Assembly: GCA_016930185.1 (NCBI GenBank)
Contig: JAFGHK010000013.1
Coordinates: forward strand, 1-57,778
Length of the DNA stretch: 57,778 bases
Direction: 5' to 3'
Source: Dehalococcoidales bacterium
GTDB lineage: Bacteria > Chloroflexota > Dehalococcoidia > Dehalococcoidales > RBG-16-60-22
Below are positions 36,748 through 46,422 of the stretch, piece by piece. The notes under the pieces are model-generated. The model did no database searches and was not told the DNA's origin. It saw only the letters and a program-made list of their open reading frames with translations. Each line of letters starts with the position of its first letter. Position 1 is the first letter of the stretch. Position numbers and translations under genes: made by a program.

Positions 36748-37470
36748 TTACGAAGTTAACGGAAGCGCGATTTTAATTGTAGTTCCTTTTCCTGCTATAC
36801 TTTCCGCCCATATCCGGCCGTTGTGAGCTTCTATCAGGCACTGGCATATATACAACTCCAGCATCGAGTTGTTGATTCCGGCTCCTTTTATTTGCTCCAT
36901 TTTATATAATAATTCGGGAATATCGCAAAACTCGCATTCGGGTACTCCCGGGTCGCGACTAGTGATACCTACTTCTATTTCCCGGTCGTTGGCTTTCACC
37001 GATACTAGAATCTCTGTTCCATCGGGAGAACTCTTGGTAGCGTTATCGATTAAATCATCCAATACCAGTCGCATACGATTTGGGTCGATATGTATCCTGG
37101 GCAGATTGCCGTCCACTGCGGTCAGTATTACGTGATGCCCGTTCCTGCTTTCCGCTTCTTTTACGGCTGCCTCGATAAATTTGGGAATATCAATATCAAT
37201 CTTCTCCAGATTGAGCCGCCCTTCCTCCAGACGTGTTACATCAAGAAGGTTTTCAATTAGTCTGGTCATACGGTCCGTCGCACTATCGATAGATTGTATA
37301 TATTCTTTGGTCTCTTCAGCCGTAAGGCCCGGGAAATACTCAAGTAACATCGTCGAATAGCCTTTTATCGCTGTGAGTGGTGCGCGTAGTTCGTGGGAAA
37401 CTGTAGATAGGAGTTTGGTGTTTATTTCATTCTTCCCGGTATAATTAATTGCTTTCATAACTCTATACAC
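36748..37470 (-). CDS. Sensor-less histidine-kinase-like protein with degenerate ATP-binding boxes
   Basis: SHELRAPL H-box intact; G1 reads TSRDPG, no F box, G2 reads NNSMLEL. Confidence 0.8.
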   Translation of the reverse strand: MYRVMKAINYTGKNEINTKLLSTVSHELRAPLTAIKGYSTMLLEYFPGLTAEETKEYIQSIDSATDRMTRLIENLLDVTRLEEGRLNLEKIDIDIPKFIEAAVKEAESRNGHHVILTAVDGNLPRIHIDPNRMRLVLDDLIDNATKSSPDGTEILVSVKANDREIEVGITSRDPGVPECEFCDIPELLYKMEQIKGAGINNSMLELYICQCLIEAHNGRIWAESIAGKGTTIKIALPLTS

Positions 37471-37510
37471 CTTTCACAAGTAGATAAAGAACTGAAGTAA
37501 TTAAGGGAGA

Positions 37511-38584
37511 TCAGCAATTCACTTCCTGTTTATTGAGTATTTCGGATAGCTCCTCGGTATCCATGCTTCTGGCCAGGGCCTGTTCTCTGGTTATTACCCC
37601 TGTTTTAAATAGCTCAACAAGCGATTGATTCAATGTCTGCATACCGGCTTGCGTGCCTGTCTGTATAATATTCATCATCTGGTATGTCTTACCTTCGCGT
37701 ATTAGATTTCTGATGGCCGATGATGCCGCCATAACTTCAATCGCGACTGTCCTTCCTGAATTATCGGCGCGGGGCAAAAGCAGTTGATATATTATTCCCT
37801 CGAGCGCTATGGATAGCTGAATACGCACCTGCTGCTGTTGATGTGGCGGAAAAACGTCGATAAAGCGGTTTATCGCCTCTGTCGTGCCTGGCGTATGAAG
37901 CGTCGTCAGCACCAGGTGGCCGGTTTCCGCCGCCGTCAGCACGATGGACATTGTCTCGATGTCCCTCATTTCTCCCACCATAATTACATCCGGGTCCTGT
38001 CTCATCGCGTGCTTGAGGGCTTGAGCGAAAGAAACCGTGTCTCTCCCGAGTTCACGCTGTGAGAACATACACTTGATATCCCGGTGCAGGTATTCTACCG
38101 GGTCTTCGATGGTAATTATCTTGCGCTTGACGGTATTATTGAGATAATTCATCATCGCTGCCAGCGTGGTCGATTTGCCGCAGCCGGTGGGCCCGGTTAC
38201 AATAACCAGGCCGCTGCTTTTCATGGCCAGCGTTTTACAGATTTCCGGCAATCCTAACCCCTCGATAGTCGGGATTTCCATTCTAACCGGACGGCACACC
38301 AATCCTATTGCTCCGTCCTGCTGGCAGATATTAATCCTGAACCTCCCGATGTCTTTTGCCTGGTAGGCAAAATCCGCCTCAAGCTCTTGAGAGAAGGCGT
38401 TCCTTTGCTTTTCCGTGGTAATCTCCGTGAAGAGACTATTCATTATCTCCGGGGTAATGGTGCCGGTGTCTTCCTGTGAAAACAGCTCGCCGTTGATACG
38501 CATCACCGGAGACCTGCCGATTTTAAGATGCAGGTCAGAGGCATTCCGGTCGATAGCCATTTTCAACAGGTCGTTTATATGCAT
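37511..38584 (-). CDS. pilT: Type IV pilus retraction ATPase
   Basis: ASDLHL, GPTGCGKSTT, TIEDPVE, DPDVIMVGEMRD, TGHLV, AIRNLIRE motif. Confidence 0.95.
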   Translation of the reverse strand: MHINDLLKMAIDRNASDLHLKIGRSPVMRINGELFSQEDTGTITPEIMNSLFTEITTEKQRNAFSQELEADFAYQAKDIGRFRINICQQDGAIGLVCRPVRMEIPTIEGLGLPEICKTLAMKSSGLVIVTGPTGCGKSTTLAAMMNYLNNTVKRKIITIEDPVEYLHRDIKCMFSQRELGRDTVSFAQALKHAMRQDPDVIMVGEMRDIETMSIVLTAAETGHLVLTTLHTPGTTEAINRFIDVFPPHQQQQVRIQLSIALEGIIYQLLLPRADNSGRTVAIEVMAASSAIRNLIREGKTYQMMNIIQTGTQAGMQTLNQSLVELFKTGVITREQALARSMDTEELSEILNKQEVNC

Positions 38585-38596
38585 AAGATTATCTCC

Positions 38597-40102
38597 TTAT
38601 TCGGGAAGGGATATTAGCGCCTCGATTTCAAATGTAATGACGTTAACCTGGGACAGAGAGGAACCATCTTCGTCTGTCTCGCCGGTTGCGACCAGGGTTT
38701 CATCCAGTTCCGTAATACGCACCTGCTTGAATATACCTTCGGCTTCCAGGCTGGCGGCGTAATCTATTACACTGAAAATATCAGAGGTTTCTCCACTGAT
38801 AGTAATAACATTTTTCTGAATTTCAATAGATGTGAATGAGGTGTTTAACGGTATGTCCAGGGTAACCTGCTGCAGCCTGGTATTAAAAACACCCTTCACG
38901 CCGAAAATGTCTTTATTGGCGGCTTCCAGGATATCGGCTGTGGTTTGGGTTTCGCTGATAATTTCCCGGGTGATTGACGCCTCTTCATTATTCAGGGCTG
39001 CCAGGTAAATTTCACGGTTAATGACATTCAGTTCGTTTTCCAGCGCGCTGTTTTCTGCGACTGTCTGGGTATTCGCCTGGTAAAGGGGGTAAATACAGGC
39101 AATCGCCGCCAACAGCAGAACCGCGAACACCAGGTATCTCAAGTTGATAGGTTTGGCCTTAGGCTTGCGGTATTTCCCCTCTAAAACATTAATGTTGATA
39201 TCAAAAAACCGCGCTTCGCCGCCGCCTGTCGGCTTTATCGACGTTCTTTTTGTCGCCAGCCCGATACTGGTGGTATATGAAGTTACCGGTAATTGGTCGG
39301 GGAAATCTAGAGGAGGAATCAACGGCTCTATCTCGTATTCAACTTCGGACTGCAGCATCTGGCCGGTGGCGGCGTCCGCCGCCATTTCACCCGTCAGCAG
39401 CAGCGGAAGATTGCCGTTCAGGTTAATATCCGGGTGATTGCTCTGGTAGAAGGCGGCTGTTTTCGTTAGTTCGTCGGCCAGGCGGTGGATGTTATCTTCC
39501 AGGGTAGCCCCCTCGCCTCTGGGGCTTATCGTATGTATTACCGTGGGCAGACCTTGCGTTATAAAGACGATGTCAAAACAATCGGGCTCCATATTGACGG
39601 CGATGGCATCGCTCCGGTTAGCCGCTCGCGCCAGGGCCAGCGGCCGTACGTCCATGAGGTAAGGCTCCACGCCGGCTATCTTCAGAGATTGAACGGCGGC
39701 ATCTACCAGGTTACGGGGCACACCGATGATAAAATAATCCTGCTCTTCACCTTTGTTCGGCATAGGCTGCCATGAAACATATAGTTCATCTAAGGGCAGG
39801 GATATTTCTTTTTTCGCCGCCCGTTGAATGGCCTCGGTGACAAGCCCGGACTTCATCCGGGGCAGGGTGATGAAACGGTAGGTGAAAGATAACCCGGCGA
39901 TGCTTAAAATGACATTATTCTTGGGTATTCCGGTGGACTTGAACAACCGGTTGATTGCCTCACCGACTGCCTGCGGCTTCAATATCAGACCGTCACGCAC
40001 CAGACCTTCGGCGAGGTCGGCGCTTGCCCAGGTTACTACCTTCCGTCCTTTTATCGATAGTATTTTAATATCGTGGCTGCTTATATTTAGTGCAACGTAC
40101 AT
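38597..40102 (-). CDS. pilM: Type IV pilus alignment protein, PilM-PilN fusion
   Basis: PilM actin-like N-terminal part (GLVRDGLI, RFITLP, DVRPLALAR, LLLTGE), then INVL linker, TM helix, coiled coil and PilN-like domain (ITISGET). Confidence 0.8.
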   Translation of the reverse strand: MYVALNISSHDIKILSIKGRKVVTWASADLAEGLVRDGLILKPQAVGEAINRLFKSTGIPKNNVILSIAGLSFTYRFITLPRMKSGLVTEAIQRAAKKEISLPLDELYVSWQPMPNKGEEQDYFIIGVPRNLVDAAVQSLKIAGVEPYLMDVRPLALARAANRSDAIAVNMEPDCFDIVFITQGLPTVIHTISPRGEGATLEDNIHRLADELTKTAAFYQSNHPDINLNGNLPLLLTGEMAADAATGQMLQSEVEYEIEPLIPPLDFPDQLPVTSYTTSIGLATKRTSIKPTGGGEARFFDININVLEGKYRKPKAKPINLRYLVFAVLLLAAIACIYPLYQANTQTVAENSALENELNVINREIYLAALNNEEASITREIISETQTTADILEAANKDIFGVKGVFNTRLQQVTLDIPLNTSFTSIEIQKNVITISGETSDIFSVIDYAASLEAEGIFKQVRITELDETLVATGETDEDGSSLSQVNVITFEIEALISLPE

Positions 40103-40126
40103 TTTATTCGCTTAAGCCTTTCCCTA

Positions 40127-40693
40127 TCAATCGGTTGCAGCGGCCGTATAAATAGCTATTCCGATGTCAGCGTTAACCGGCCCTTCGTTCGGGCTTTCAA
40201 ACAGGAAGGAACCGGACTCTTTTTCAACATTAACGTGCTCGAGTACTAGCGTCCTAGGCTCGCCGTTTTCCAGGAGGTTTAGAAAGTCCATCATTTGCGT
40301 GAAGTTGCCGCTAACCGCCAGGTTGATACGGAAAACGGAATAATCCTGGTTTTCATAGCGCTCGTTTGCCCAGGACTGGGTTGATAGCGGTATAGCTTTA
40401 ACTCCGGTCTCTTCCGCCAGTCTAAGAATTCTGTTGACGATGCGGGTAAGATTGCTGTCTATATTCAAAACATCTTCTAACGCCCATAGTCTGTCCTCGG
40501 CGTCAGCCAGCTGCTCATCGAGGTCGGTGGGGGTTATAGGAATCGATGCCAGCGTTGCATTTGCTTCTGAAATATCGGCGTTCAGAGTTTCTTTCTGGTT
40601 ACGCTGGTTCATATAACCTGTGCCGATTATGCAGTAGGCTGCCAGGACGGCTATGATTAATGTGGCGATAAGTACTTTGCGTGTTTTCATCAT
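40127..40693 (-). CDS. PilO-like alignment protein
   Basis: N-terminal TM, coiled coil, LAEETGV, VSGNFTQMMDFLNLLE. Confidence 0.7.
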   Translation of the reverse strand: MMKTRKVLIATLIIAVLAAYCIIGTGYMNQRNQKETLNADISEANATLASIPITPTDLDEQLADAEDRLWALEDVLNIDSNLTRIVNRILRLAEETGVKAIPLSTQSWANERYENQDYSVFRINLAVSGNFTQMMDFLNLLENGEPRTLVLEHVNVEKESGSFLFESPNEGPVNADIGIAIYTAAATD

Positions 40694-40722
40694 ATCTCTC
40701 TCAAAATAAAGCTGTTTACCCC

Positions 40723-42243
40723 CTATTGCACCTGCCAGAAAATAATCGATGCCGTAATATTATCGGTAGCGACATGGGCTTGAATCGCCGTATCACCGGC
40801 GGCAGCCCTGATTCTGTATGTGTTGGCGCCGCCGCTGCTGGTGGTGATGCCGATTGTTACCAGACTTCCTTTTGAAGACGGAACGCAGTAAGCCACGGCG
40901 ATAACCCCGTCTGAAACGGATATGATATCGGGGAAATATCCGTTGCTGGTGTCGTATTCAAAGGTGTCGGTTATCGTGCCCGGAATAGTGCCGTTTGATT
41001 CTATCGGCAGTGTTATCAGGTAGCCGTCGTTATTGGGTCCGCGATAGGCTATGGCGAATATATCATCGACTACGTGAATGATTTGGGGCTCTTCACCTTT
41101 GGATGGGTCGAACTCATAGCTGTTGATAACACTATCGGAAATATCTCCAGTAGGGGAGATTGTCATCGTGGCTACGAAGCCGTCAGAACCTGAACTTGAA
41201 TAAACTATCGCATAGACATTACCGGAAATATTGATGATATAAGGATCCGCCGCGTTGCTTGTATCGAATTCCAGAGAGTCTGTAATACCATTAGCTATAT
41301 CACCATTTGAATCGATAGTCAGGGTTATCAAAAATCCGTCGTTGCCCGGGCCCCGGTATGCAATAGCAAAGTAATTACCGGATATATGTATGATATCCGG
41401 CCCATCACAGTTGTTGCTGTCGAACTCATAGGAGTCGATAGTGCTGTCGCTAATATTACCGTCGGCAGCTATGGTGACGGTTACGAGAAACCCGTCGCCG
41501 CCTGACCCCCGGTAGGCGATGGCGTAATATATCCCGGATACATATACGATATCAGGTTCGTAACCGTTTTTTTCGTCGAACTCAAGAGTATCGAGAGGGC
41601 TGTCGCTTATATCGCCGTTAGCAGCGATAGATACCGTCTTTAGAAAGCCGTCGCTGCCTTGGCCCCTGTAAGCGATGGCGTATATATCCCCAGACACATG
41701 AATTATATTGGGGGTATTACATGTTTTCGTTTCGAATTCCAGGGTATCGATGATGCTCGGGGTAATATCCCCGTCCGGGGCTATCGCCACTGTCCTGATG
41801 AATCCGTCGCTGCCGGAGCCTTCATAAACTATCGCGTAAATATTTCCGGAAACATGAATAATATCTGGCGTATTACAATATGTACCGTCAAAATCGAAGC
41901 TGTCTAAAACGTTTTTATCAATGGTCCCCACCGGGTCGCCCCCGCCGGTTGAGTTGGCGGTTACGGTGACGGTGGTGGTAACGCCGTTGAGTATATCCGG
42001 GAGTTGATAGATAGTTAGGTCGCCGGGGTTGGGCAGTTGGTCGCCCAAGTTATCATAGAGCAGTCTCCAGATGGCGTGCTCGATTCCCGCGTCGCAGGCC
42101 ATTCGGTAGTCTATAGTCTCGGCATATACACGCGAGCCGAGAATACTGGTACCTGCATGACCCAGGAAAGGCACTATCAACAGCGTGCCTATGGTGAGTG
42201 CCAGGATGGCCAGAGGCAGGGCTTGCCCTTTCTCGCCGTTCAT
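40723..42243 (-). CDS. Large minor pilin (PilX/GspK-like) with inserted 7-repeat domain
   Basis: Class III signal EKG|QALPLAIL without Glu5; DAGIEHAIW helix; seven 52-aa repeats. Confidence 0.78.
   Translation of the reverse strand: MNGEKGQALPLAILALTIGTLLIVPFLGHAGTSILGSRVYAETIDYRMACDAGIEHAIWRLLYDNLGDQLPNPGDLTIYQLPDILNGVTTTVTVTANSTGGGDPVGTIDKNVLDSFDFDGTYCNTPDIIHVSGNIYAIVYEGSGSDGFIRTVAIAPDGDITPSIIDTLEFETKTCNTPNIIHVSGDIYAIAYRGQGSDGFLKTVSIAANGDISDSPLDTLEFDEKNGYEPDIVYVSGIYYAIAYRGSGGDGFLVTVTIAADGNISDSTIDSYEFDSNNCDGPDIIHISGNYFAIAYRGPGNDGFLITLTIDSNGDIANGITDSLEFDTSNAADPYIINISGNVYAIVYSSSGSDGFVATMTISPTGDISDSVINSYEFDPSKGEEPQIIHVVDDIFAIAYRGPNNDGYLITLPIESNGTIPGTITDTFEYDTSNGYFPDIISVSDGVIAVAYCVPSSKGSLVTIGITTSSGGANTYRIRAAAGDTAIQAHVATDNITASIIFWQVQ
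40835..41904 (-). repeat. Seven tandem 52-aa (156 nt) repeats, probable beta-propeller blades
   Basis: Consensus D(S/T)xEFDxxxxxxPxIIHVSGxxYAIAYRGxGxDGFLxTxxIxxxGxIxxxxI; last repeat slightly shorter. Confidence 0.9.
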
Positions 42244-42696
42244 TTACGCCTCCACCTCTACCGACCTTAAGTGAACCATATACGTTCCGTTCTCGCTGAC
42301 GTTGTTTCTCCCGGGTGGGGTGGATGTCAGACTCATGGTCAACACGCGGCCATCGACCGAAAAGTCGGCGTTGCTTATATTACGCGCCAGGATTAACTGC
42401 AGACCTGCGGAGCTGCGCTGTAGAACCGTGCCGTCCAGCACATAAGTGACGGTGGAATTATCCGTTAATGTCATCACCAGCTGGCTGCCTCCGGTAGCCG
42501 ATTTGGCTTCCTGCCCGTCCTTGTTAAACCAGTAGGCGGCGTTTTGCAGTTCGTGCAAAGCGGTAAACTTATCATTGCCATACTCGGAAACGGTGATAAT
42601 ATGATAGACGGCCGTACCCAGGAAAACGACGATGATGCCGGTTATAGCTACGGCAGTAATCAGTTCGACCATGGTGGCGCCTGACTGTCTTTTCAT
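42244..42696 (-). CDS. Minor type IV pilin
   Basis: QSG|ATMVELITAVAI prepilin cleavage/methylation motif with Glu5. Confidence 0.87.
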   Translation of the reverse strand: MKRQSGATMVELITAVAITGIIVVFLGTAVYHIITVSEYGNDKFTALHELQNAAYWFNKDGQEAKSATGGSQLVMTLTDNSTVTYVLDGTVLQRSSAGLQLILARNISNADFSVDGRVLTMSLTSTPPGRNNVSENGTYMVHLRSVEVEA

Positions 42697-43079
42697 CTGT
42701 TCACCTTATAATCCGAAACTGTAAGAATAATCACGCTTTCCTTTTGCACGGTGACCGTTATCTTCTGTATGTTCGTATCGGCGCCAGGTACTGCCTGGAC
42801 CCCGATGGATATGCTGTATGTATCCGGCACGTCCAGCACGGGATATGAGACCGCGCCGGGGATAAAGGCATAGTTCTTGGTATATTCCATCTGTGTCTGC
42901 GCCAGACTCTGCGCCGTGGTCTCCTGGTCGAGTACATTTACTGCCAGGGAACCCGTTGAAAGAGAAACGACGAAGGCCACCACGGAGGTCCCGAGAATGG
43001 CTACGGCTACCAGCGTTTCCACTATCCCGATGCCCCGCTGGCTATTTAAATGAAATTTCGACCGTCTTAATTTAATCAT
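42693..43079 (-). CDS. Minor type IV pilin (PilV-like)
   Basis: QRG|IGIVETLVAVAIL; AQSLAQTQME; QKITVTV. Confidence 0.87.
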   Translation of the reverse strand: MIKLRRSKFHLNSQRGIGIVETLVAVAILGTSVVAFVVSLSTGSLAVNVLDQETTAQSLAQTQMEYTKNYAFIPGAVSYPVLDVPDTYSISIGVQAVPGADTNIQKITVTVQKESVIILTVSDYKVNR

Positions 43080-43094
43080 CTCTTTCCCCGTTTT

Positions 43095-44309
43095 TTAGTG
43101 CATGGACTTTAAGATGGAATAGAGCGGCGTTATCATGGAAAGCGCAATAAAAATCACCAGTCCGCCGATGACCAGTGTTAACGCTGGCTCAATCATCGAA
43201 ATGAGGGAGTCGATTTTTCTATCGGCCTCCTGTTCGTAAAAATCCGCCAGCATGCTAAGCGTGCTATCCATTGCGCCCGTCTTTTCACCAACTACTATCA
43301 TTTCAACCTGCAGGGGAGGAAACAGGGGATTTTCAGACATCGGCTGTGATAGTCCCTCCCCCTGGACCAGCCGCTCCCTGACTCTGGTGAAAGCCTGGCG
43401 TATCACCCGGTTCTGGGTGGTATGGGTAACGATATCGATAATCTGGGGCAGCCGAAGGCCCGCCTGTAATAGCATTGAGGCTGTCTGGCAGAACAGGCTC
43501 ATGCTGCGTTCTATAATAATTTTGCTTATTATTGGTATTCTTAATAATAATCTATCTCTGGCTAGTTTTACCGACTCCAGCCGCAGCAGGCCGATAACTA
43601 TCAGGACAACTACTATTAGTCCCCCGACTACCGATACGATGTTTGTGGTGAAAAAGTCAGCGGTAGCGACCAGCGTGCTGGTCATCCATGGCAGCTGAAC
43701 GTCGAGGGAACTGAAGAGGGTTATTAGAGGCGGTAGTGCCACTGAAATCAGCAGAAAGACCACACCGATAGCGAGAAGTAAAACGAATGTGGGGTACATC
43801 ATGGCGCGTTTGATTTTCTGGTTGGCTTTGGCGCGTTTTTCCAGGTATTTAGCCGCCTGTTTAAGCCCGATCTCCATTGTGCCTGCCTGCTCGCTGGCTT
43901 TGATGGTCTGGCAATAGGTATTGGAAAATGTCTCGGGGTATTTGCTCAGCGCCTGTGATAGCGAGTTGCCGGCCTGAATTTCCTCGGCCAGCCCGTTACA
44001 GACCTTTTTCATCGACTTCTTGGCTGTCTGCCCCCCGAGGAGCTTCAGGGCAGATAATAACGGGATGCCGGCCTGGATTAGCGTGGCAAGTTGATTTGAA
44101 ATATCGATTATATCCCGTGTCTTCACGCCTGTAAGAGACGGCAGCAGTTTTTCTATGTCCAGTCCTGCCGTCGCTACCTCTTCCAGGCTAAGGATATTCT
44201 GGAAACCGGCGCGGTATAGAGCCGCCTCGGCCATGTTCTCCGAGGCAACTTCAATCGTGCCTTCGACTATCTTTTTATCTGTGGAATAGACTCTGTACTT
44301 GAATGTCAT
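43095..44309 (-). CDS. pilC: Type IV pilus platform protein (PilC/GspF)
   Basis: QLATLIQAGIPL, SEQAG, AMMYP, GEKTG, IEP. Confidence 0.94.
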   Translation of the reverse strand: MTFKYRVYSTDKKIVEGTIEVASENMAEAALYRAGFQNILSLEEVATAGLDIEKLLPSLTGVKTRDIIDISNQLATLIQAGIPLLSALKLLGGQTAKKSMKKVCNGLAEEIQAGNSLSQALSKYPETFSNTYCQTIKASEQAGTMEIGLKQAAKYLEKRAKANQKIKRAMMYPTFVLLLAIGVVFLLISVALPPLITLFSSLDVQLPWMTSTLVATADFFTTNIVSVVGGLIVVVLIVIGLLRLESVKLARDRLLLRIPIISKIIIERSMSLFCQTASMLLQAGLRLPQIIDIVTHTTQNRVIRQAFTRVRERLVQGEGLSQPMSENPLFPPLQVEMIVVGEKTGAMDSTLSMLADFYEQEADRKIDSLISMIEPALTLVIGGLVIFIALSMITPLYSILKSMH

Positions 44310-44319
44310 CTTGCCCTCG

Positions 44320-46005
44320 TCAGCTGATGGAAAATACGCTGCGCATTACCTCGCTGATGGATGTTATTCCATCTGCAACTTTTTTCATGCCGTCATGTTT
44401 CATGGATATCATTCCCTCGGCGACGGCCTGTGCTTTAATCTCGCTGGCTCCTGCGTTGCTCCGCAGCATTTTTCTTATGGAATCACTCATAATGAGGAAC
44501 TCAAAAATTCCCGTCCTCCCGCGGTAACCGGTATTGGCACATAAATTACATCCTGTGCCCTGGTAGAACTTGGGGACTTCATCACCCATTTCCTTGCTAA
44601 AAGCCTCCAGTTCTTCTTCAGTCGGACGGTAAACGGAGCGGCAATTAGTACAAATGCGGCGGACCATACGCTGTGAAACGATGCCGATAAGCGTAGATGA
44701 GATGGAAGCCGGCTCCGCATCGAGGTCCATCAGTCGAAACAGCACACCGGCGGCATCGTTGGCGTGTATCGAGGAAAGCACCAGGTGGCCGGTAAGAGCG
44801 GACTGGATGGCGGTGGTTACCGTGTCCTTGTCCCTTATCTCTCCCACGAGTATAACATCCGGGTCGTGCCGCATGATTGCCCGCAGGCCGCCGGCAAAAG
44901 TAATACCCGCCTTGGCGTTGACCTGGGTCTGGTTGATGTCCATGAAACTGTATTCTATCGGGTCCTCGATTGTCATAATGTTGCGTTCGTTTCTATCCAG
45001 TTCATTAATGGATGCGTACAGGGTGGTAGTTTTACCGGAGCCGGTGGGACCGCCCGCCAGTATCATTCCGATTGGGCTTTTTAGCATGGCGCGGTACTTT
45101 TTTAATACTTCAGACTGAAAACCGAGCTCGGTCAGCGTGAAAAGCGCCAACGATTTGTCTAGAATCCGCAGCGTGACTCTCTCGCCGGAAGGCGTTTCCA
45201 TGGTTGCCGTGCGGATATCAACCTCATTGCCGCCTATTTTTATGGAGAACTGCCCGTCCTGCGGGCGTCGCTGCTCCGAGATATCCATCTCGGCAAGGAT
45301 TTTTACCCTTGAAACCAGCGAAGAGTGGATGCTAAGGGGAAAAGAGAACATGTCATGGAGAATGCCGTCGATTCTGTAACGTATCCTTAGCCGGTCTTCC
45401 TGCGGCTCTATATGCACGTCTGACGCACGGTCTTTGACAGCCTGTGCCACCAGCAGGTTAAGCGTCTCGGCAATCGGCGTATTCGTGGTAATGGCGGGGG
45501 TCTCTTCTGTCTTTTCCTCCGCAGTCGGCGTGAATTGACTTACCTGTTTTTCAATAGCGCTGCTGGAACGGTAATGTATGTTTATAGCCCGTTCTATATC
45601 GGAACGGACACCGAGCGCCACCTCCACTCTCATCTTGGCCTGGGCTTTGATATCTTCGATAGTCCGGATATCCTCCGGGTCGGCCATGACCACCATCAAG
45701 GAGTTGTTAACGATATCCAGTGGGATAAGCGCATGTTTACGGGCCATTTCTTCCGGGATGAGCCGGAGCGCCTCCGGCTGGACGGCATGCCTCTTGAGGT
45801 CGATAAGCGGCAGCTTCAACTGGATGCTAAGCACAACGGCCAGTTCTTCGGCTTTAACCAGGCCTTGCTTCAGCAATATGTCGCTAAGCTTGCCGCCTTT
45901 TTGCTGCTGTACAGCCAGTGCTTCTTCCAGCTGTTCCGGGGTGATAAGCTTCTCCTCGACGAGCATATTACCCAGGCTCTTTTTAGAAGTCTTGTCCGTT
46001 AACAT
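44320..46005 (-). CDS. pilB: Type IV pilus extension ATPase (PilB/GspE)
   Basis: ASDVHIEP, RIDG, RRPQDG, GPTGSGKTTT, TIEDPIE, CTNC/CNLC zinc motif, GYRGR. Confidence 0.95.
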   Translation of the reverse strand: MLTDKTSKKSLGNMLVEEKLITPEQLEEALAVQQQKGGKLSDILLKQGLVKAEELAVVLSIQLKLPLIDLKRHAVQPEALRLIPEEMARKHALIPLDIVNNSLMVVMADPEDIRTIEDIKAQAKMRVEVALGVRSDIERAINIHYRSSSAIEKQVSQFTPTAEEKTEETPAITTNTPIAETLNLLVAQAVKDRASDVHIEPQEDRLRIRYRIDGILHDMFSFPLSIHSSLVSRVKILAEMDISEQRRPQDGQFSIKIGGNEVDIRTATMETPSGERVTLRILDKSLALFTLTELGFQSEVLKKYRAMLKSPIGMILAGGPTGSGKTTTLYASINELDRNERNIMTIEDPIEYSFMDINQTQVNAKAGITFAGGLRAIMRHDPDVILVGEIRDKDTVTTAIQSALTGHLVLSSIHANDAAGVLFRLMDLDAEPASISSTLIGIVSQRMVRRICTNCRSVYRPTEEELEAFSKEMGDEVPKFYQGTGCNLCANTGYRGRTGIFEFLIMSDSIRKMLRSNAGASEIKAQAVAEGMISMKHDGMKKVADGITSISEVMRSVFSIS

Positions 46006-46014
46006 GCCTTTTCC

Positions 46015-46422
46015 TTACCTTACAATGCTTTCCTTGGATGTTGTTCCGGTCTTCTTTTTAGCTAGAAGCTTTTCTACATGGGCAACTATATCCGCCGGTG
46101 CGGAAGGCTTGGTCAGGTAATCATCCGCGCCCACCTTGATGCCGGTGTCCTTATCAATTTCCTGCGCCTTGGCCGAGAACATCAGGATGGGCAGGTTGGC
46201 GGTGGTGGATTCGGACTTTAACCGGTAGCAGATTTCAAATCCGTCCATTCCCGGCAGCATGACGTCCAGGATGATTAGGTCCGGTGATTCACCGATTGCT
46301 TTTCTTATCCCCTCCAGGCCGTTAGAGGCTGTGGTTACCTGGTAGCCTTCCTGCTTTAGTGAGTAATCTACCAGTCTTTGAGTTGCCGGATCGTCTTCTA
46401 TTATCAGAATTTTCTTTCCCAT
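46015..46422 (-). CDS. Single-domain response regulator (PilH/CheY-like)
   Basis: IIEDD, ILDVMLP, MFSA, YLTKP; GGAGG RBS; directly upstream of pilB. Confidence 0.93.
   Translation of the reverse strand: MGKKILIIEDDPATQRLVDYSLKQEGYQVTTASNGLEGIRKAIGESPDLIILDVMLPGMDGFEICYRLKSESTTANLPILMFSAKAQEIDKDTGIKVGADDYLTKPSAPADIVAHVEKLLAKKKTGTTSKESIVR

Noticed and set aside
40835-41904. 156-nt periodicity as a CRISPR or non-coding repeat array
   Set aside because: Repeats are in frame, diverged at the DNA level and conserved as protein; no cas genes
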